A stretch of DNA of 64,000 nucleotides from Saccharolobus solfataricus P2 (lineage in GTDB: Archaea > Thermoproteota > Thermoprotei_A > Sulfolobales > Sulfolobaceae), in the NCBI RefSeq assembly GCF_000007005.1, contig NC_002754.1; one strand, 5' to 3'. Shown here piece after piece: positions 1 through 11,561 of this stretch. A program made the position numbers and the translations under genes. The notes under the pieces are model-generated. The model saw nothing but the letters and a program-made list of their open reading frames with translations, did not search any database and was not told the DNA's origin. How positions within the stretch are numbered: position 1 is the stretch's first letter; each line of letters opens with the position of its first letter.

Positions 1-251
1 CCTGCATACACTTCCAAAACTTGTGCTAGGTGCGGGTATGTGAAAAATGACTTGTCTCTATCTGATCGTGTTTTCGTTTGTCCCAACTGTGGTTGGATTG
101 CAGATCGTGACTATAATGCTTCTCTTAACATCTTACGTGGATCGGGGTCGGAGCGACCCTTAGTGCCTGTGGAGCTCCGCCCTCTACCAGTACTCTGGCA
201 AGGTGGGGCTATGAAGCAGGAAGCTCCCTCATTTATGAGGGGGTAGCTCAC
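1..251 (+). mobile_element. tnpB: 3' end of an IS605-family tnpB-only element (ISC1316-like): tnpB C-terminus (1-246) plus right end/omegaRNA region
   Basis: Frame 1 reads [12 protein letters not shown]...CPNCG...[11 protein letters not shown] (zinc finger + RuvC-III). Ends ...GTAGCTCAC at 251. Near-identical to 25253-25499. Confidence 0.92.
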
Positions 252-1092
252 ATTTTTGCATTATGGCTAGGGTATCTTTAGGGGAGAATTTACCTAGCCT
301 TCTATATGCTACTATTGGCTTCCCGAAATAGAGGCTAGGTAGTATTACATCGCCTATAGCCCCAATCCAGCCCCAGTCCGCGGGTGTATAAAATACATCC
401 TCTTCTCTTGGTGCCATTTCGAAATAGAGCTGATAGGCAGGAATATGTCCCAACAGAAATCTATGAGCATGAAGGACTCCCTTTGGTGCTCCAGTACTAC
501 CAGAGGTATAAAAGAGTTGGGCTGGATCATCACTCTTAGTATCTACCGCATAATGTACTCCAGAGGTCTTTTTAACCTCATCGAAATTAATTTCACTTTC
601 ATCTCTAGCTTCATCAGCAACTATAATCTTAGTTACGTTCCTTAATTTTTCTCTAACCTCTTTTCTTGAACCTTCAATTATTATAGCCTTGGCATCACTT
701 TGTCTTATTCTATATTCAACAGCCTCTACTCCCATTAATGGTGAAATCGATAAGCTAATTGCTCCAAGCCTATATAGTGATAAAATACTTATTACAGTTT
801 CAACCCTGGGCTGTAAGTAAATACCAACCACATCCCCTCTTTTTACTCCTATTTCTCTTAAAATTGTTATTAAAGAATCGCTAAGACTCTTTAATTGGGC
901 GAAAGTATAAACGAAATGATCACCTTCCTCGTCTTCATAGTATATTGCGATGTTATCTCCTACACCTTCCTTAACCTTTCTATCTAATATCGATTCTCCT
1001 ATATTAAAGCGAGAAGGAATATTCCATTTGAATGTTCTCACAAGTTCATCATAATTATGAAATCTAATTTCCCTCAAATCTACCTCGAGCAT
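252..1092 (-). pseudogene. Acyl/acetyl-CoA synthetase (AMP-forming), N-terminal part, interrupted by the IS605 element
   Basis: YTSGSTGAPKG AMP-binding motif and TPADWGW. The ORF runs into the IS right end at 251 (MQK, then IS-derived CELPPHK). Confidence 0.88.
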
Positions 1093-1192
1093 AAGAAGAC
1101 TATCTCAATTCTAGTATATAACTATTATTATTTATGATAGTATTAAATTGATGGTAAGTTAAGCTTTTAAATATAAATTAGGAAAAGGCTTT

Positions 1193-2293
1193 ATGTATAG
1201 GGTTATTGAGTTAGGACACGTAATTTCAGCACCATTCGCAGGAGAGATCTTGAGACATTTAGGATTTGAGGTAATAAAGATTGAACCACTACTAGGAGAT
1301 CCAAGTAGGAAAGACGACGTTTTAGTAGATTCCATGTTCGTCTTCAATAATAGGGGTAAAAGATCAATTTCCGTAGATTTAAGAAAGGAAAAGGGAAAAG
1401 AGGTTTTCCTAAGATTAGTACGGAACTCCCACGTCTTAATCGAGAACTTATCTCCTCATGTAATGGATAGGCTAGGATTATCAGATGACGTTATATTTTC
1501 GACCAATCCCTCCTTAGTATACTGCTCCATAAAGGGATATCCTAAGGGGAAATACGAAAATCTACCTGCCTTCGGTACCATAATTGAGGCGGAAAGCGGT
1601 ATCATGGATGCTAATGGAAAGGCAAGGTTACCTGCTTCAATAACCGACATGAACGCATCTACGTATTGCGTAATTACGATTTTATGGGCACTGCTTATGA
1701 AGAAACCCGGGCACTATAGGGTGAGCATTATCCAAGCCAATACAGTTTGGTTAGGATATTATCTCATAGCATATCAGAAATACGGTAAGCTCTTTGAAGC
1801 TGGAAAAGATGAACTTCCCTTCTGGGCTCCCTATGAGTTATTCAAGAGTTCCGAGGAGAAGGAATTTTACTTAGCAGTAAATGATAACGAAAAATTTACA
1901 AAGCTCTGTAAGGCACTGGGATTAGAGGACCTATTAGCTGATGAAAGGTTTAAAACTAACGCGGATAGGGTTAGAAATAGAAAGATATTACATGAAAAGC
2001 TTCAACAGAAGTTCAGCTCAATGAAACTGGAAGAGATAATGAACATTTTACGTTATAATGATATACCCGTGGGTAAATTAAATAACTTGAAAGATTTAAT
2101 TAGTAACGAATTAGTGGAATGGGATACGTTTAGAAACGTTCAAGTACCTAAACTCCCTCTACCAGGTAGTCTTAATAGCCAACATGTGCCAAATGTAGGG
2201 GAAGATACTCTATATATATTAAAAGAGCTTGGGTATTCAGAAAACGAAATAGAAAGTATGATAAAAGAAAATGTAATTAATTATAACAAATAG
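1193..2293 (+). CDS. CaiB/BaiF family III CoA-transferase
   Basis: VIELGHVISAPFAGEIL, VIKIEP, NRGKRSISVDL, VLIENL motifs; 366 aa. Confidence 0.92.
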   Translation: MYRVIELGHVISAPFAGEILRHLGFEVIKIEPLLGDPSRKDDVLVDSMFVFNNRGKRSISVDLRKEKGKEVFLRLVRNSHVLIENLSPHVMDRLGLSDDVIFSTNPSLVYCSIKGYPKGKYENLPAFGTIIEAESGIMDANGKARLPASITDMNASTYCVITILWALLMKKPGHYRVSIIQANTVWLGYYLIAYQKYGKLFEAGKDELPFWAPYELFKSSEEKEFYLAVNDNEKFTKLCKALGLEDLLADERFKTNADRVRNRKILHEKLQQKFSSMKLEEIMNILRYNDIPVGKLNNLKDLISNELVEWDTFRNVQVPKLPLPGSLNSQHVPNVGEDTLYILKELGYSENEIESMIKENVINYNK

Positions 2294-2305
2294 AGAAGAA
2301 AAGAA

Positions 2306-2348
2306 GGGGTTGGACTTTTATAGGATTTCATGATATTTAAAATCAAAC
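2306..2348 (-). mobile_element. Isolated remnant of an IS607 (ISC1904-like) right end
   Basis: GGGGTTGGACTTTTATAGGATTTCATGATATTTAAAATCAAAC closely resembles 6776-6818 of the IS607 copy in this window. Confidence 0.6.
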
Positions 2349-2572
2349 AGGGGAACCTTTCCACCAAGGAACTCCATGAACTTCTCACTGCCCCTTATCT
2401 TCCAAGTAGTTCCAAGTGGTGGACGAACTTGATTAGGAGGGTTTTGAAGAGAAGGATAACGTCTCACTTAGGTCAAGTAAAGGGACTCTAACTTGTTTCT
2501 AAACTTCTCCCAAGGGAGGACCTTATCGGCTTTGAGTAACAAATCTTTTTCAGTTGAAATTGCCTTTACCAT
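2345..2572 (-). pseudogene. IS5-family (ISC1212-like) transposase N-terminal remnant
   Basis: Reads MVKAISTEKDLLLKADKVLPWEKFRNKLESLY, then stop; further fragments DVILLFKTLLIKF and FMEFLGGKVP. Confidence 0.6.
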
Positions 2573-2703
2573 AATATTATCTCGTCCCATTTTCTTATTA
2601 ATATTACTCATGAATAGCCATTTTAAACAACTTGGATAACGTCGCGTTTAGTTTCTCTCAATCAAGAGAATGTTTTTAAAAGCTAGTAATAATAAAGATA
2701 TAA

Positions 2704-3360
2704 TTGAAGATGTCGCTGGCTGAAGAGATTAAAAAGGTCCTAAAGGAGAATCCATCAATTATAGTGGACGCGCTCGCGCAGAGACCAGAAATTCTCTATG
2801 ATGTATTAGTTAAGTTGATGCCATGGCAAGTTATAATTCGTGATATTGATGACCTAAAAAATCATACTCAAAAAATAGAAAAGGAGTTAGGGGAAGTAAA
2901 GGAGAGTCTGAAGAATTTTGTTACTAAGGAGGATGCTAAGAATTTCGCCACCAAGGACGACATAAAGAGGTTGGAAACTATCATTACTGGTTTAGGTGCG
3001 AGGTGGGGATTATTAAGTGAAGATGCGTTTAGGCAAGGCGTATATGAGATTATGAAATCTGAGGGAATTGTTGCTAAGAAGGAGCTCGTATACGATAAGA
3101 CTGGTGAAGTATATGGCGAACCTTCTGATGTCGAATACGATTTAATGATAGAGGACGGAAACTTAGTAATGATAGAAATAACTTCAGCTATAAAAAGAGG
3201 AGATCTACCCGTAATTAGGAAGAAGAAGGAATTTTATGAGAGAAACAAAAACGTGAAGATATCTAAAGTAATAGTCATAACACCTTTTTTACACGATAAA
3301 TATCCAGATAGGCTAAAAGCAATGGCAAAAGATATGGGAATAGAAATAATTAATCCTTAA
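2704..3360 (+). CDS. Coiled-coil + PD-(D/E)XK-like protein (DUF3782/DUF1626-like)
   Basis: TKEDAKNFATKDD repeat-like coiled coil, then DVEYDLMI...MIEITS nuclease-like motif; 218 aa. Confidence 0.7.
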   Translation: MKMSLAEEIKKVLKENPSIIVDALAQRPEILYDVLVKLMPWQVIIRDIDDLKNHTQKIEKELGEVKESLKNFVTKEDAKNFATKDDIKRLETIITGLGARWGLLSEDAFRQGVYEIMKSEGIVAKKELVYDKTGEVYGEPSDVEYDLMIEDGNLVMIEITSAIKRGDLPVIRKKKEFYERNKNVKISKVIVITPFLHDKYPDRLKAMAKDMGIEIINP

Positions 3361-3781
3361 ACTATTGTGACAAAGGAAAAGCAAGCCTCGCCCCTTCTCG
3401 GTACTCCCAAAATCTATTTCCAGAAATAATCCACTTCGAAATATTATAGAAATTAAGCAATTAAAGTTTATAACTATCTGACAACTAGCTAAAATTTAAA
3501 GTAAAAATCTTACTAAATACTTCAATATTTATGTATTACTTAAGAAGCAGTACTATAATTCATGTTATTCACCTCATATTTTCTCATAAATTTTAGAAAA
3601 ATTAGAAAGAAATACTTTAATTTTATAGAAATTCAGATAGAATCATTCCCTTTTGATATATTTTATCATATATAAGGAGGTCAGTTAGATCATATAACGT
3701 TCTTCTATTTATTTAAACATGGGGCTTATGCGACACTAGCGGAAGGGATTTTTCAACCCTAAATCCCCATGAAGATGGAAA

Positions 3782-4555
3782 CTATTTCAGAATATACTCC
3801 TTAAATCTATTCACGTTTTCCGGATCATAAGATGGAATAACAACATCACATTCCCTCCTCATGTAATCGTAAGCATTTAAACACTCGTAGATATCCTCTG
3901 CAATACCAATTGGTATATTTTGTTCAAAATTATTCATAACAAAAGCTGAATCACTTATACACCATCTCTTTTTATCAAAATTGAACTTGACCAACATCGA
4001 GCTTCTATGATGACAACCAGTCCACTTAACCTCAATACCCTTAATTACTTCTTGATTTTCTACCAAAACAATCCTATTCCACGCTTCATCAAATAAATAT
4101 TCCCTAGTTAATCTGGGTAAGTAGATGTCCCTATTTAAGAAAGGTGAAGGAGATGGAGTAACTACATCCTCATACCATCCCTTTTTAGAGAAGTATAGTT
4201 TAGCTTTTCTGAACATATGAATTCTTCCTATAGTGTAGTCTTGAACTGGAGTAATAATAATGTGAGAAATGTCATCAGTGGTTATGTTCAGTTTTGCTAG
4301 AGCATTTTCGATCTTCTCTACATGTTGAAATTTGCATCTGTCGCTCTTAGCCCATTCCTTCAGAAACTTATTCCTTAAGCTTAAGTCATCCGGTAATCCA
4401 GTATTAATTAGCACATATTGATCGTTTTCTGTCTTTATTAAAAAGGAGTAAAATGACAATCTATACCACTTGTCAAAATCTTTCATCCAGAAAACCTCTG
4501 CTCCAGGTACCTCTCCATGATCACCAACCTGTATTATCTTAAATAGAGAAACCAT
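3782..4555 (-). CDS. Metallo-beta-lactamase-fold protein (AHL-lactonase-like) with degenerate metal motif
   Basis: FLIKT...VLINTG, DDISHIIITPVQD, CISDS and VVIPSYDP follow the MBL layout, but HxHxDH is replaced. Confidence 0.7.
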   Translation of the reverse strand: MVSLFKIIQVGDHGEVPGAEVFWMKDFDKWYRLSFYSFLIKTENDQYVLINTGLPDDLSLRNKFLKEWAKSDRCKFQHVEKIENALAKLNITTDDISHIIITPVQDYTIGRIHMFRKAKLYFSKKGWYEDVVTPSPSPFLNRDIYLPRLTREYLFDEAWNRIVLVENQEVIKGIEVKWTGCHHRSSMLVKFNFDKKRWCISDSAFVMNNFEQNIPIGIAEDIYECLNAYDYMRRECDVVIPSYDPENVNRFKEYILK

Positions 4556-4821
4556 ACCATTATATTCCTTCTGAACTTATTAATATACACTCATACGAGT
4601 TTGGATAATTTAGTCAATAATCAGTCCTAATTAATATTGAGAGGTATGATTACCATTTAGCAAAGAATCTAAGAAGAATGGGATAGATGGGAAATGGATA
4701 TGATAGAAGATAAGACAAACCTTACCCTTTACGGTAGACCCAAAATGATCCCCTTGAAAATAAATCTGTAACATTATTAAGCGTTTTCTCTATTTTAATA
4801 AAATTATCCTTGATATTACTG

Positions 4822-5653
4822 TTATGAATAAAAGGATGAGTAAAAGTCTTCCCTCTTCACATCCTTGAATATGGTGAGGAGGAAGTAGAGAGCTATCATG
4901 AACATCAGCTTACGAAACGCTAACCTGGTTGAGCTTATGAACGGGAGAAACGACTTGATATTCCTATAGGAAGTCTCTATTGGGTTCACCTTGTTGTAAA
5001 GCCTAAACACCACATCCTTGGGTAGATCTAGGTTTGTGGCCCTAGCGAAGTACTCAATTCTTCCTCCTAATCCCTACCTTGAACAATTGACTTGAACTTC
5101 ACCTGCTTTTACCTCCTATGTCTCTTGCTATTCTTCGCCTTCATCGAAATCGTTGTGGATTTTCAAGGTACCTACTGGGACTGCAACTTGAACTTGGAGA
5201 TGAAGTTCAACACGTCTGCTGAGTAGAATCCCGCGTTAAGTGTTATCAAGTTTACTGAGATCTGTTCAATAAGTAGCTTGACTGTGTCGTCTTTTGTCAT
5301 CCCTTTCTCTTGTTCGATGAATGCTAGTATTTTCCCGTTGTGTTTTGTCGTTGCAGTTGCGTAGTTCCATGAGTATCCATCTTCTGAGCTACCTAACCTC
5401 TCTATTGGTCTGGTACTTTATCGTGGTCCAATCTATTGATATGTTTACTTTCTTCACTGCTTTTAGCATTTCAAGGGATAGTTGTTTCACTCGTTTGAGT
5501 AATTTCTCGGCTACTTCTTCTTTCTCGGCGTAGTTTCTCACTGTTTGGCTTGAGGTCTTGAACATCTTTGACTTGTTCTCGATTGAGCCGTTCCACGGCT
5601 GTGACGAGTGTTTTGGCTACTTCTTCTCCCTTTCTTCCCTTAAAGTCTATCAT
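4822..5653 (-). pseudogene. ISH3-family (ISC1225/ISC1359-like) transposase pseudogene
   Basis: Fragments in several frames: FKGRKGEEVAKTLV, ISIDWTT, ITLNAGFYSADVLNFI, YFARATNLDL, PIETSYRNIKSFLPF. Confidence 0.8.
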
Positions 5654-5990
5654 GGAAAGTAATTTATACCCTATTTGCTGAATTTGGGTGGGGAAAGTTA
5701 AGTATTATTATTTGGAATTCACTCTTGGTAATACAGATCTCCTCACCTAAAATTTTTCCTTTCAATTTGTTGAATTCTTAACACTATAATTTACTCTATT
5801 ATCCTTTATAAGCTGGATATTAATTAACTGATATTGTTTTTTTTTTTGTAAAAAGATTTTGGGTCTACCGATGAGGACGGGTTAGCTCACCTCTTACTTT
5901 CTTTAAACTAATCAGAAGTTTAAGGCGAATTCATGGCTAACTTAACGCCAATTTAAAAAAAGGTTTATAAAATCTATAAAGAAATATAAA

Positions 5991-6653
5991 ATGATGAAAA
6001 GGAAATTTGATCTCAAAAAGGATGTAATAATAGCGTTAAATCCATTGCAGACAAGATACCAACTGTTCTCAGAAAGAGTATTTCAGCCTTTGTATAGTGC
6101 GACAAATGATGGAATTTATCGTATGGAGAGACTCAAAAGAACCGGAATCGGACTCGGGCTTACGCTAGCTGAACTTGGAGTAGGTGTTCTAATCATCTTT
6201 CTTGGTATCTTCATTTATTTCACTATTTATTTCACTTATCAATATATTTATATTCCTCCACTTGCCCATTATCCACTTGCCCCAGAAATAATAGTGTACG
6301 CAATTCCTTTTGCCATTCCTATTGGAATTTTTATTGGGATTATAGTTGCACTTGTTTTTGGAATTGTAAAGCTGGTAAAAATTATCAGAAAACTTTCAAG
6401 AAAAATAAATATAGCAGAAGGGGAACTAGTAGTTCCATGGGTCTCTGTAAGGAATATCGTAGTTACTAATGTAAGGCAGGAAAATATAGCCAACAGACCC
6501 AGTATTACTCTGAATATAATCTCGCCGGTTTACAAGGAAATAGGCGATTGGCATGTTCTAACAACGGACGGAAGAGACATAACAATACCTAACGTTGACG
6601 ACCCATTTAATAAGCTAAATTATGTAAAAAACAGATTTAACTTGACATTCTAA
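5991..6653 (+). CDS. Hypothetical membrane protein (2 TM segments, C-terminal beta-rich domain)
   Basis: 220-aa ORF with two long hydrophobic stretches. Confidence 0.75.
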   Translation: MMKRKFDLKKDVIIALNPLQTRYQLFSERVFQPLYSATNDGIYRMERLKRTGIGLGLTLAELGVGVLIIFLGIFIYFTIYFTYQYIYIPPLAHYPLAPEIIVYAIPFAIPIGIFIGIIVALVFGIVKLVKIIRKLSRKINIAEGELVVPWVSVRNIVVTNVRQENIANRPSITLNIISPVYKEIGDWHVLTTDGRDITIPNVDDPFNKLNYVKNRFNLTF

Positions 6654-6787
6654 AAATTTTTTACATGTACGTCGTTGGACTTCCGCTTGGAGGGTTTCTG
6701 GAGGTGTTGATGGGGTAGTATATTGTTTGGACACTCAATCCCTCCTACTTGAAAGCTCTGATCGTATATTCCCCAGGGGTTTGGGCT

Positions 6788-8135
6788 TCATGGGATTTCA
6801 TGATATTTAATATCAACCCTCAGCCCTTGGGCTTCACCGAAGTCGCGGACGTTCATCCTTCTCCGCCCCATTAGCGGAATAACCCCAACCCACACCCGCG
6901 CTATTTCACGGATGTGAGGGAATCCGCACATCTTGAGATAAATATTCAGTGAAGCATTCAATTGCCTATCTAACTTGAACCCGCACCTCTCACACTCAAA
7001 GGTCTTACCAACCTTTCGGGATACAAACCTACATCTGGGGCAAGACCTCGAGGTGAGGTACGGGTTCACTTCCTTAACGAAAGAACCGTAAAGCGGAGCC
7101 TTGTACTTCAACACTCTGTGTATACTCCTCCAAACAGTCCTAGAAATCTTCCTCGAAAGAGAGTCATTAGCATCCTTAAACATACTCTCTTTGTTAAGCT
7201 TTTCCACAGCGAAAAACGTCATGGGGTACAAGTCCAACAAAGTGTTTACAAACTTGTGAACGAAGTCCAGAACGCGATTCCTCTCCCTATGCGAATACTT
7301 CCTCATCAACTCTCTCCCTCTTCGTGTGCTTTGATGCAAATGATTGCACCTTAGCCCTCTTCACCTCCATGGAGTACTTAAGGGAGTACAACTGCTTCAG
7401 AGAGATTGTAACGAATTTCTCACCATCATAAGCATCTAGAGTATAAAGGTTGGAGTCAATAGCTAGAAAGTTCACTGGTGTTACCCATGGTAACTTGTAA
7501 CGAAATGGTAGGTAAACCTTCTCCTCCTTAATTATAGGTTCACCAAGTTCCAACTCCTTAACCCTTCTTGAGAACCATGACTTACTCCACGAGAAGGTGA
7601 TGTACTCATGAGGTCTTACCGTTATTCTAACGCTTTCCCCCACAACCTTCCTCAGAGTCGTCTTTATCCTAACGTAAGCCTTCTTCACCCTTGGTTTTTC
7701 AATCGAAGCTCTCCCCTTTATGGCCCTTTTCCTCCACGACTTCAAGATCGAGAATGCGTCATTAATTGCCTTATCGACGTAATGTGACGCAAGGTGATTG
7801 ATCTTCTCCAACTCTTCCCTAAGTGGTTTGTATACTTCCTTCTTCTTCGGTAGTGTTATCTTGTAATTACCGTTCTTTTTTCTTACTTGTATTTTCGTTA
7901 AATTCCACAGGTAGTCAATTGCTTTCTGTAGTAGTGTTCTGTATTCTTTAATTAACTCTTTGCTCTTCTCCCTCTCACTATTCTTGATGGAGTACGTGAA
8001 GTGCACTAGTATTTTGGAAAAGTTCTTAGACTATGATCTAGTGGTATATCCTTTGCCTAAAGCTATAGACTTTCTGAAGGCACTAACGTATTCCTCTTCC
8101 GGTTCAAATTTTCCAATTCTTAAGTTCTTCAGCAC
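6788..8135 (-). pseudogene. tnpB: IS607 tnpB, disrupted by SM1 (8007-8085) and a frameshift near 7310
   Basis: GTG start at 8135 is in frame with ORF 7287-8006. FLAIDSN, FAVEKL, CPRC...CERC and DRQLNASLNI are split over two ORFs. Confidence 0.85.
8007..8085 (+). mobile_element. SM1-type 79-bp MITE (copy 1)
   Basis: TAGTATTTTGGAAAAGTT...ACTTTCTGAAGGCACTA, flanked by AC on both sides; three more copies in the window. Confidence 0.9.
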
Positions 8136-8691
8136 ATTTCTTCACCTTTTCGTATTTATGACTTCTCATACCATACAGTTTCCCGCTGAACGAGACTAGT
8201 GCTGACATTAGGTCTTCAACTAGTTCTTCCTCTTTGTCCTCTTGGTTTAGTACTACTATTTCACAGTTGTGTGCTTTGCACACTTCCTCTAGGATTTCGA
8301 AACCGAATCTAACAAGTCTGTCTGGGTAAGCAACAACTACGCGTGATACTTCGTTATTTAATATCATTCTCAACAACTTCAAGAACCCCTTTCTCTTCAT
8401 GTTTAACCCGGAACCTATGTCTGTGATTACTTGGTCGTATTCTTTGACTTGTTCCTCTAGGTACTTCACTTGGTTTACTAGATCGTCTTTTTGCGTGGAA
8501 GATGATACTCTAGCGTAAAGTATTACTTTTCTTTTTCTAATAATTCCCATTAGCCTCTCTATGTCTTCTTCTCTGAATCTCCATTTTCCGCTCTGTAGTA
8601 TAACTGGTTTTATGTATCCTTTCTTAACGTATTCTCTAAGTGTTGCATAGGATATTCCTAGTCTTTGGCATGCTTCCTTTGGTCTTAGCAT
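8104..8691 (-). CDS. tnpA: IS607 serine recombinase TnpA
   Basis: MerR-like HTH, ILYARVSS, DIGSG, YPDRLVRFG. Confidence 0.95.
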   Translation of the reverse strand: MLRPKEACQRLGISYATLREYVKKGYIKPVILQSGKWRFREEDIERLMGIIRKRKVILYARVSSSTQKDDLVNQVKYLEEQVKEYDQVITDIGSGLNMKRKGFLKLLRMILNNEVSRVVVAYPDRLVRFGFEILEEVCKAHNCEIVVLNQEDKEEELVEDLMSALVSFSGKLYGMRSHKYEKVKKCAEELKNWKI

Positions 8692-9004
8692 TGTATAAGA
8701 GTTTGTGGCAAAATAATATAAACTTTACGGTTTATCGGAAACTGTTGGCAACGGCTTCCGACTAAAGACAAAGAAAGTTGATAATATTAGAAATTCCCCA
8801 TCCATAGCTATAGGATCTATAATAAACATCAACGCTCCTATAGGTAGTGTTGCGAGAATCGCAAAACTGACTTTCTCCCGCCACTCATGGCGAGGTTTTC
8901 AGCAGTTTGTAATTATATTATCTATTTGCCTTAAGCTATGTGGCCACATTGTACTATGCAACGGTGAATTACTTATATATGCAAAAGTTGAGAATATACA
9001 TGCT

Positions 9005-9811
9005 ATGACTTTCTCAATAGTCATTTACGATCCCGATGAAAAGGCTTGGGGTGTAGGAGTAGCAAGTAAATTCCTAGCTGTTGGTGCATTTGTACCGTGG
9101 TTGAAACCAAATGTTGGCGCAATTGCTACGCAAGCTTTAGCTAATTTAACATATGGTATAAATGGGCTATCCTTGTTGGAAAAGGGTTATAGTGCGTCTG
9201 ATTCAATAAGGATTCTCACAGAATCGGATCCGTTAAGGGAGAAGAGACAAATCGGCATTGTCGACTCTAAGGGAAATGCTTCAGCCTTTACTGGAAGGGA
9301 ATGCTATTCGTACGCTGGACACATAGTTGGAAATAACTTCACCGTGCAAGGCAATATATTAGCCGGAGAAGAGGTTTTAGAGGCAATGGCAAAGGAGGCT
9401 GAAGGTAAGGGTAAAATTTATGAGAAGATTCTTAGAGCGTTAAAGGCTGGTGAGAGTAAAGGTGGTGATAGAAGAGGAAAACAGAGTGCTGCAATAATTG
9501 TAGTTAGAGCAGTTGAAAGGAGTGAGAGGGAAATTGATCCTTTAGTAGTAGGAAAGTACGTGGATTTGAGGGTTGATGATAGCCCAGACCCCTTGAGGGA
9601 TTTGGAGAGGCTATTGGATCTATGGGTTGCTACTTTTGTTGAGGAGGAAATGGTGAACGTTAAGGATTATGAGGATCAGATTAGGGATGCTTTGAAAAGA
9701 TGGGGATATAGCGATTTGAGAACCTGGGTTGAGATAAACAATTTTGAGGGGAAGTATACTGGGGATAAGATCGGTAAAAGTGTGTTGAAGATTTTACTAT
9801 CTAAAGGTTAA
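9005..9811 (+). CDS. DUF1028 family Ntn-hydrolase-like protein
   Basis: MTFSIV...GVGVASKFLAVG, GGDRRGKQSAA, DLRVDD. Confidence 0.88.
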   Translation: MTFSIVIYDPDEKAWGVGVASKFLAVGAFVPWLKPNVGAIATQALANLTYGINGLSLLEKGYSASDSIRILTESDPLREKRQIGIVDSKGNASAFTGRECYSYAGHIVGNNFTVQGNILAGEEVLEAMAKEAEGKGKIYEKILRALKAGESKGGDRRGKQSAAIIVVRAVERSEREIDPLVVGKYVDLRVDDSPDPLRDLERLLDLWVATFVEEEMVNVKDYEDQIRDALKRWGYSDLRTWVEINNFEGKYTGDKIGKSVLKILLSKG

Positions 9812-9881
9812 GAGTTTAAAAATTAATTTATTATAAAGTGAGGAGTAAAAGATTAAATAGTTAAACATTCATCTCTTAAAT

Positions 9882-11561
9882 ATGCAATACAAATGGGTTG
9901 CCTTAAGCAATACAACAATTGGAGTGCTAATGGCTTCAATAAACGGCACAATAACCCTAATCTCCCTCCCTGCCATATTTAGAGGAATTAACATTAACCC
10001 CTTTACCTCATTTCAGTACCTATTATGGATATTAATGGGATATAACGTAGTTACCGCAACCTTGTTAGTGTCATTTGGTAGGTTATCTGACATTTTCGGC
10101 AGGGTTAGGTTATACAATTTAGGTTTTTTAATCTTTACAATTGGCTCAATTCTGCTTTTCTTAACTCCCAATACTGGTAGTCTAGGTGCACTAGAGTTAA
10201 TATTGTTTAGGATAATCCAAGGAATAGGTGGAGCTTTTCTCTTCGCAAATAGTGCTGCTATAATCACAGACGCTTTCCCGTTTAATGAGAGGGGTAAGGC
10301 TCTTGGAATAAATCAAATCGCAGCCTTAGCTGGATCCCTAGTTGGTTTGATACTAGGCGGGATATTATCTGTAATAGATTGGCGTTACATATTTCTAGTT
10401 AGCGTCCCAGTTGGTATACTAGGTACAATATGGAGTTATACGAAACTAAAGGAAATTTCAGTACCTAGTAGGAGTGAGGGTATAGATTGGGCTGGAAACA
10501 CAACCTTTGGTTTGGGTTTGATTCTAATCCTCATTGCAATAACTTACGGACTGTTACCTTATGGGAGTTCTCAGCTAGGTTGGGGAAACCCATTCGTGAT
10601 TGGTTCAATGGTAGCTGGTATAGGATTAATAGGTGCATTCATCTACATAGAGAATAAGGTGAAATATCCCATGTTTAGGTTAGAGTTATTTAAGATTAGG
10701 ATGTTCACAGCAGGGAATTTAGCCAGCTTTTTGAGGTCAATAGCATACGGTGGATTAATGATAATGTTAATAATATTCTTACAAGGAATATGGCTTCCAC
10801 TGCACGGGTATAGTTATGAGGAAACCCCATTCTGGGCTGGTATATATACTATACCATTAATGATAGGCTTTGTAACTATGGGCCCAATAAGCGGTTGGCT
10901 TTCCGATAGGTATGGGGCTAGGCTCTTGGCAACACTAGGAATGGTAATAGTGGGTATAGGATTTCTATTATTAACACTCCTTCCCTATAATTTCAACTAC
11001 CCAGAATTCGCCCTCATAATATTCATAATGGGACTGGGAAATGGAATGTTTGCTTCCCCAAATACTGCCTCAATAATGAACTCCGTACCACCTAAGTATA
11101 GGGGAGTAGCATCTGGAATGAGGGCTACAATACAAAATACTGGTCAAACGTTAAGTATGGCATTGTTTTTCACCATAGTCATAATCTCCTTAGCCTCAAC
11201 ACTACCTACTGCGTTGGCAAATGCGGTAACTCAAGCCGGAGCTCCTCAATTAGCTCCATTAATGCAAAAGATACCGGTAACTGGTGCCCTATTTGCGGCA
11301 TTTTTAGGATATGACCCAGTTAAGACAATTCTCTCATCTCTACCCCCACAGATAACTGTTCCACCACAAGCCGTAGCGGTAATGGAACAGCACGATTGGT
11401 TCCCAACAGTTATTGCACCATCCTTCATGATAGCCTTAAGGGAAGCATTCTACATAAGTTCAGTTTTAACTTTCATTGCAGCTATTGCCTCGGCTTTAAG
11501 AGGTAGGAGAGTTATTGCAGAACAACAAGATGGTGGTGAAATAAATGCAAAAAATAGATGA
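9882..11561 (+). CDS. MFS drug:H+ antiporter (DHA2, EmrB/QacA-like)
   Basis: GRLSDIFGR motif [11 protein letters not shown], ~14 TM segments; 559 aa. Confidence 0.92.
   Translation: MQYKWVALSNTTIGVLMASINGTITLISLPAIFRGININPFTSFQYLLWILMGYNVVTATLLVSFGRLSDIFGRVRLYNLGFLIFTIGSILLFLTPNTGSLGALELILFRIIQGIGGAFLFANSAAIITDAFPFNERGKALGINQIAALAGSLVGLILGGILSVIDWRYIFLVSVPVGILGTIWSYTKLKEISVPSRSEGIDWAGNTTFGLGLILILIAITYGLLPYGSSQLGWGNPFVIGSMVAGIGLIGAFIYIENKVKYPMFRLELFKIRMFTAGNLASFLRSIAYGGLMIMLIIFLQGIWLPLHGYSYEETPFWAGIYTIPLMIGFVTMGPISGWLSDRYGARLLATLGMVIVGIGFLLLTLLPYNFNYPEFALIIFIMGLGNGMFASPNTASIMNSVPPKYRGVASGMRATIQNTGQTLSMALFFTIVIISLASTLPTALANAVTQAGAPQLAPLMQKIPVTGALFAAFLGYDPVKTILSSLPPQITVPPQAVAVMEQHDWFPTVIAPSFMIALREAFYISSVLTFIAAIASALRGRRVIAEQQDGGEINAKNR

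Larger units (their letters stand above)
6776..8759 (-). mobile_element. IS607-family element (ISC1904-like) carrying an SM1 insertion
   Basis: tnpA + tnpB. 1984 bp minus 81 bp of SM1 plus one deleted base gives 1904 bp. GG/CC-type ends. Confidence 0.85.
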
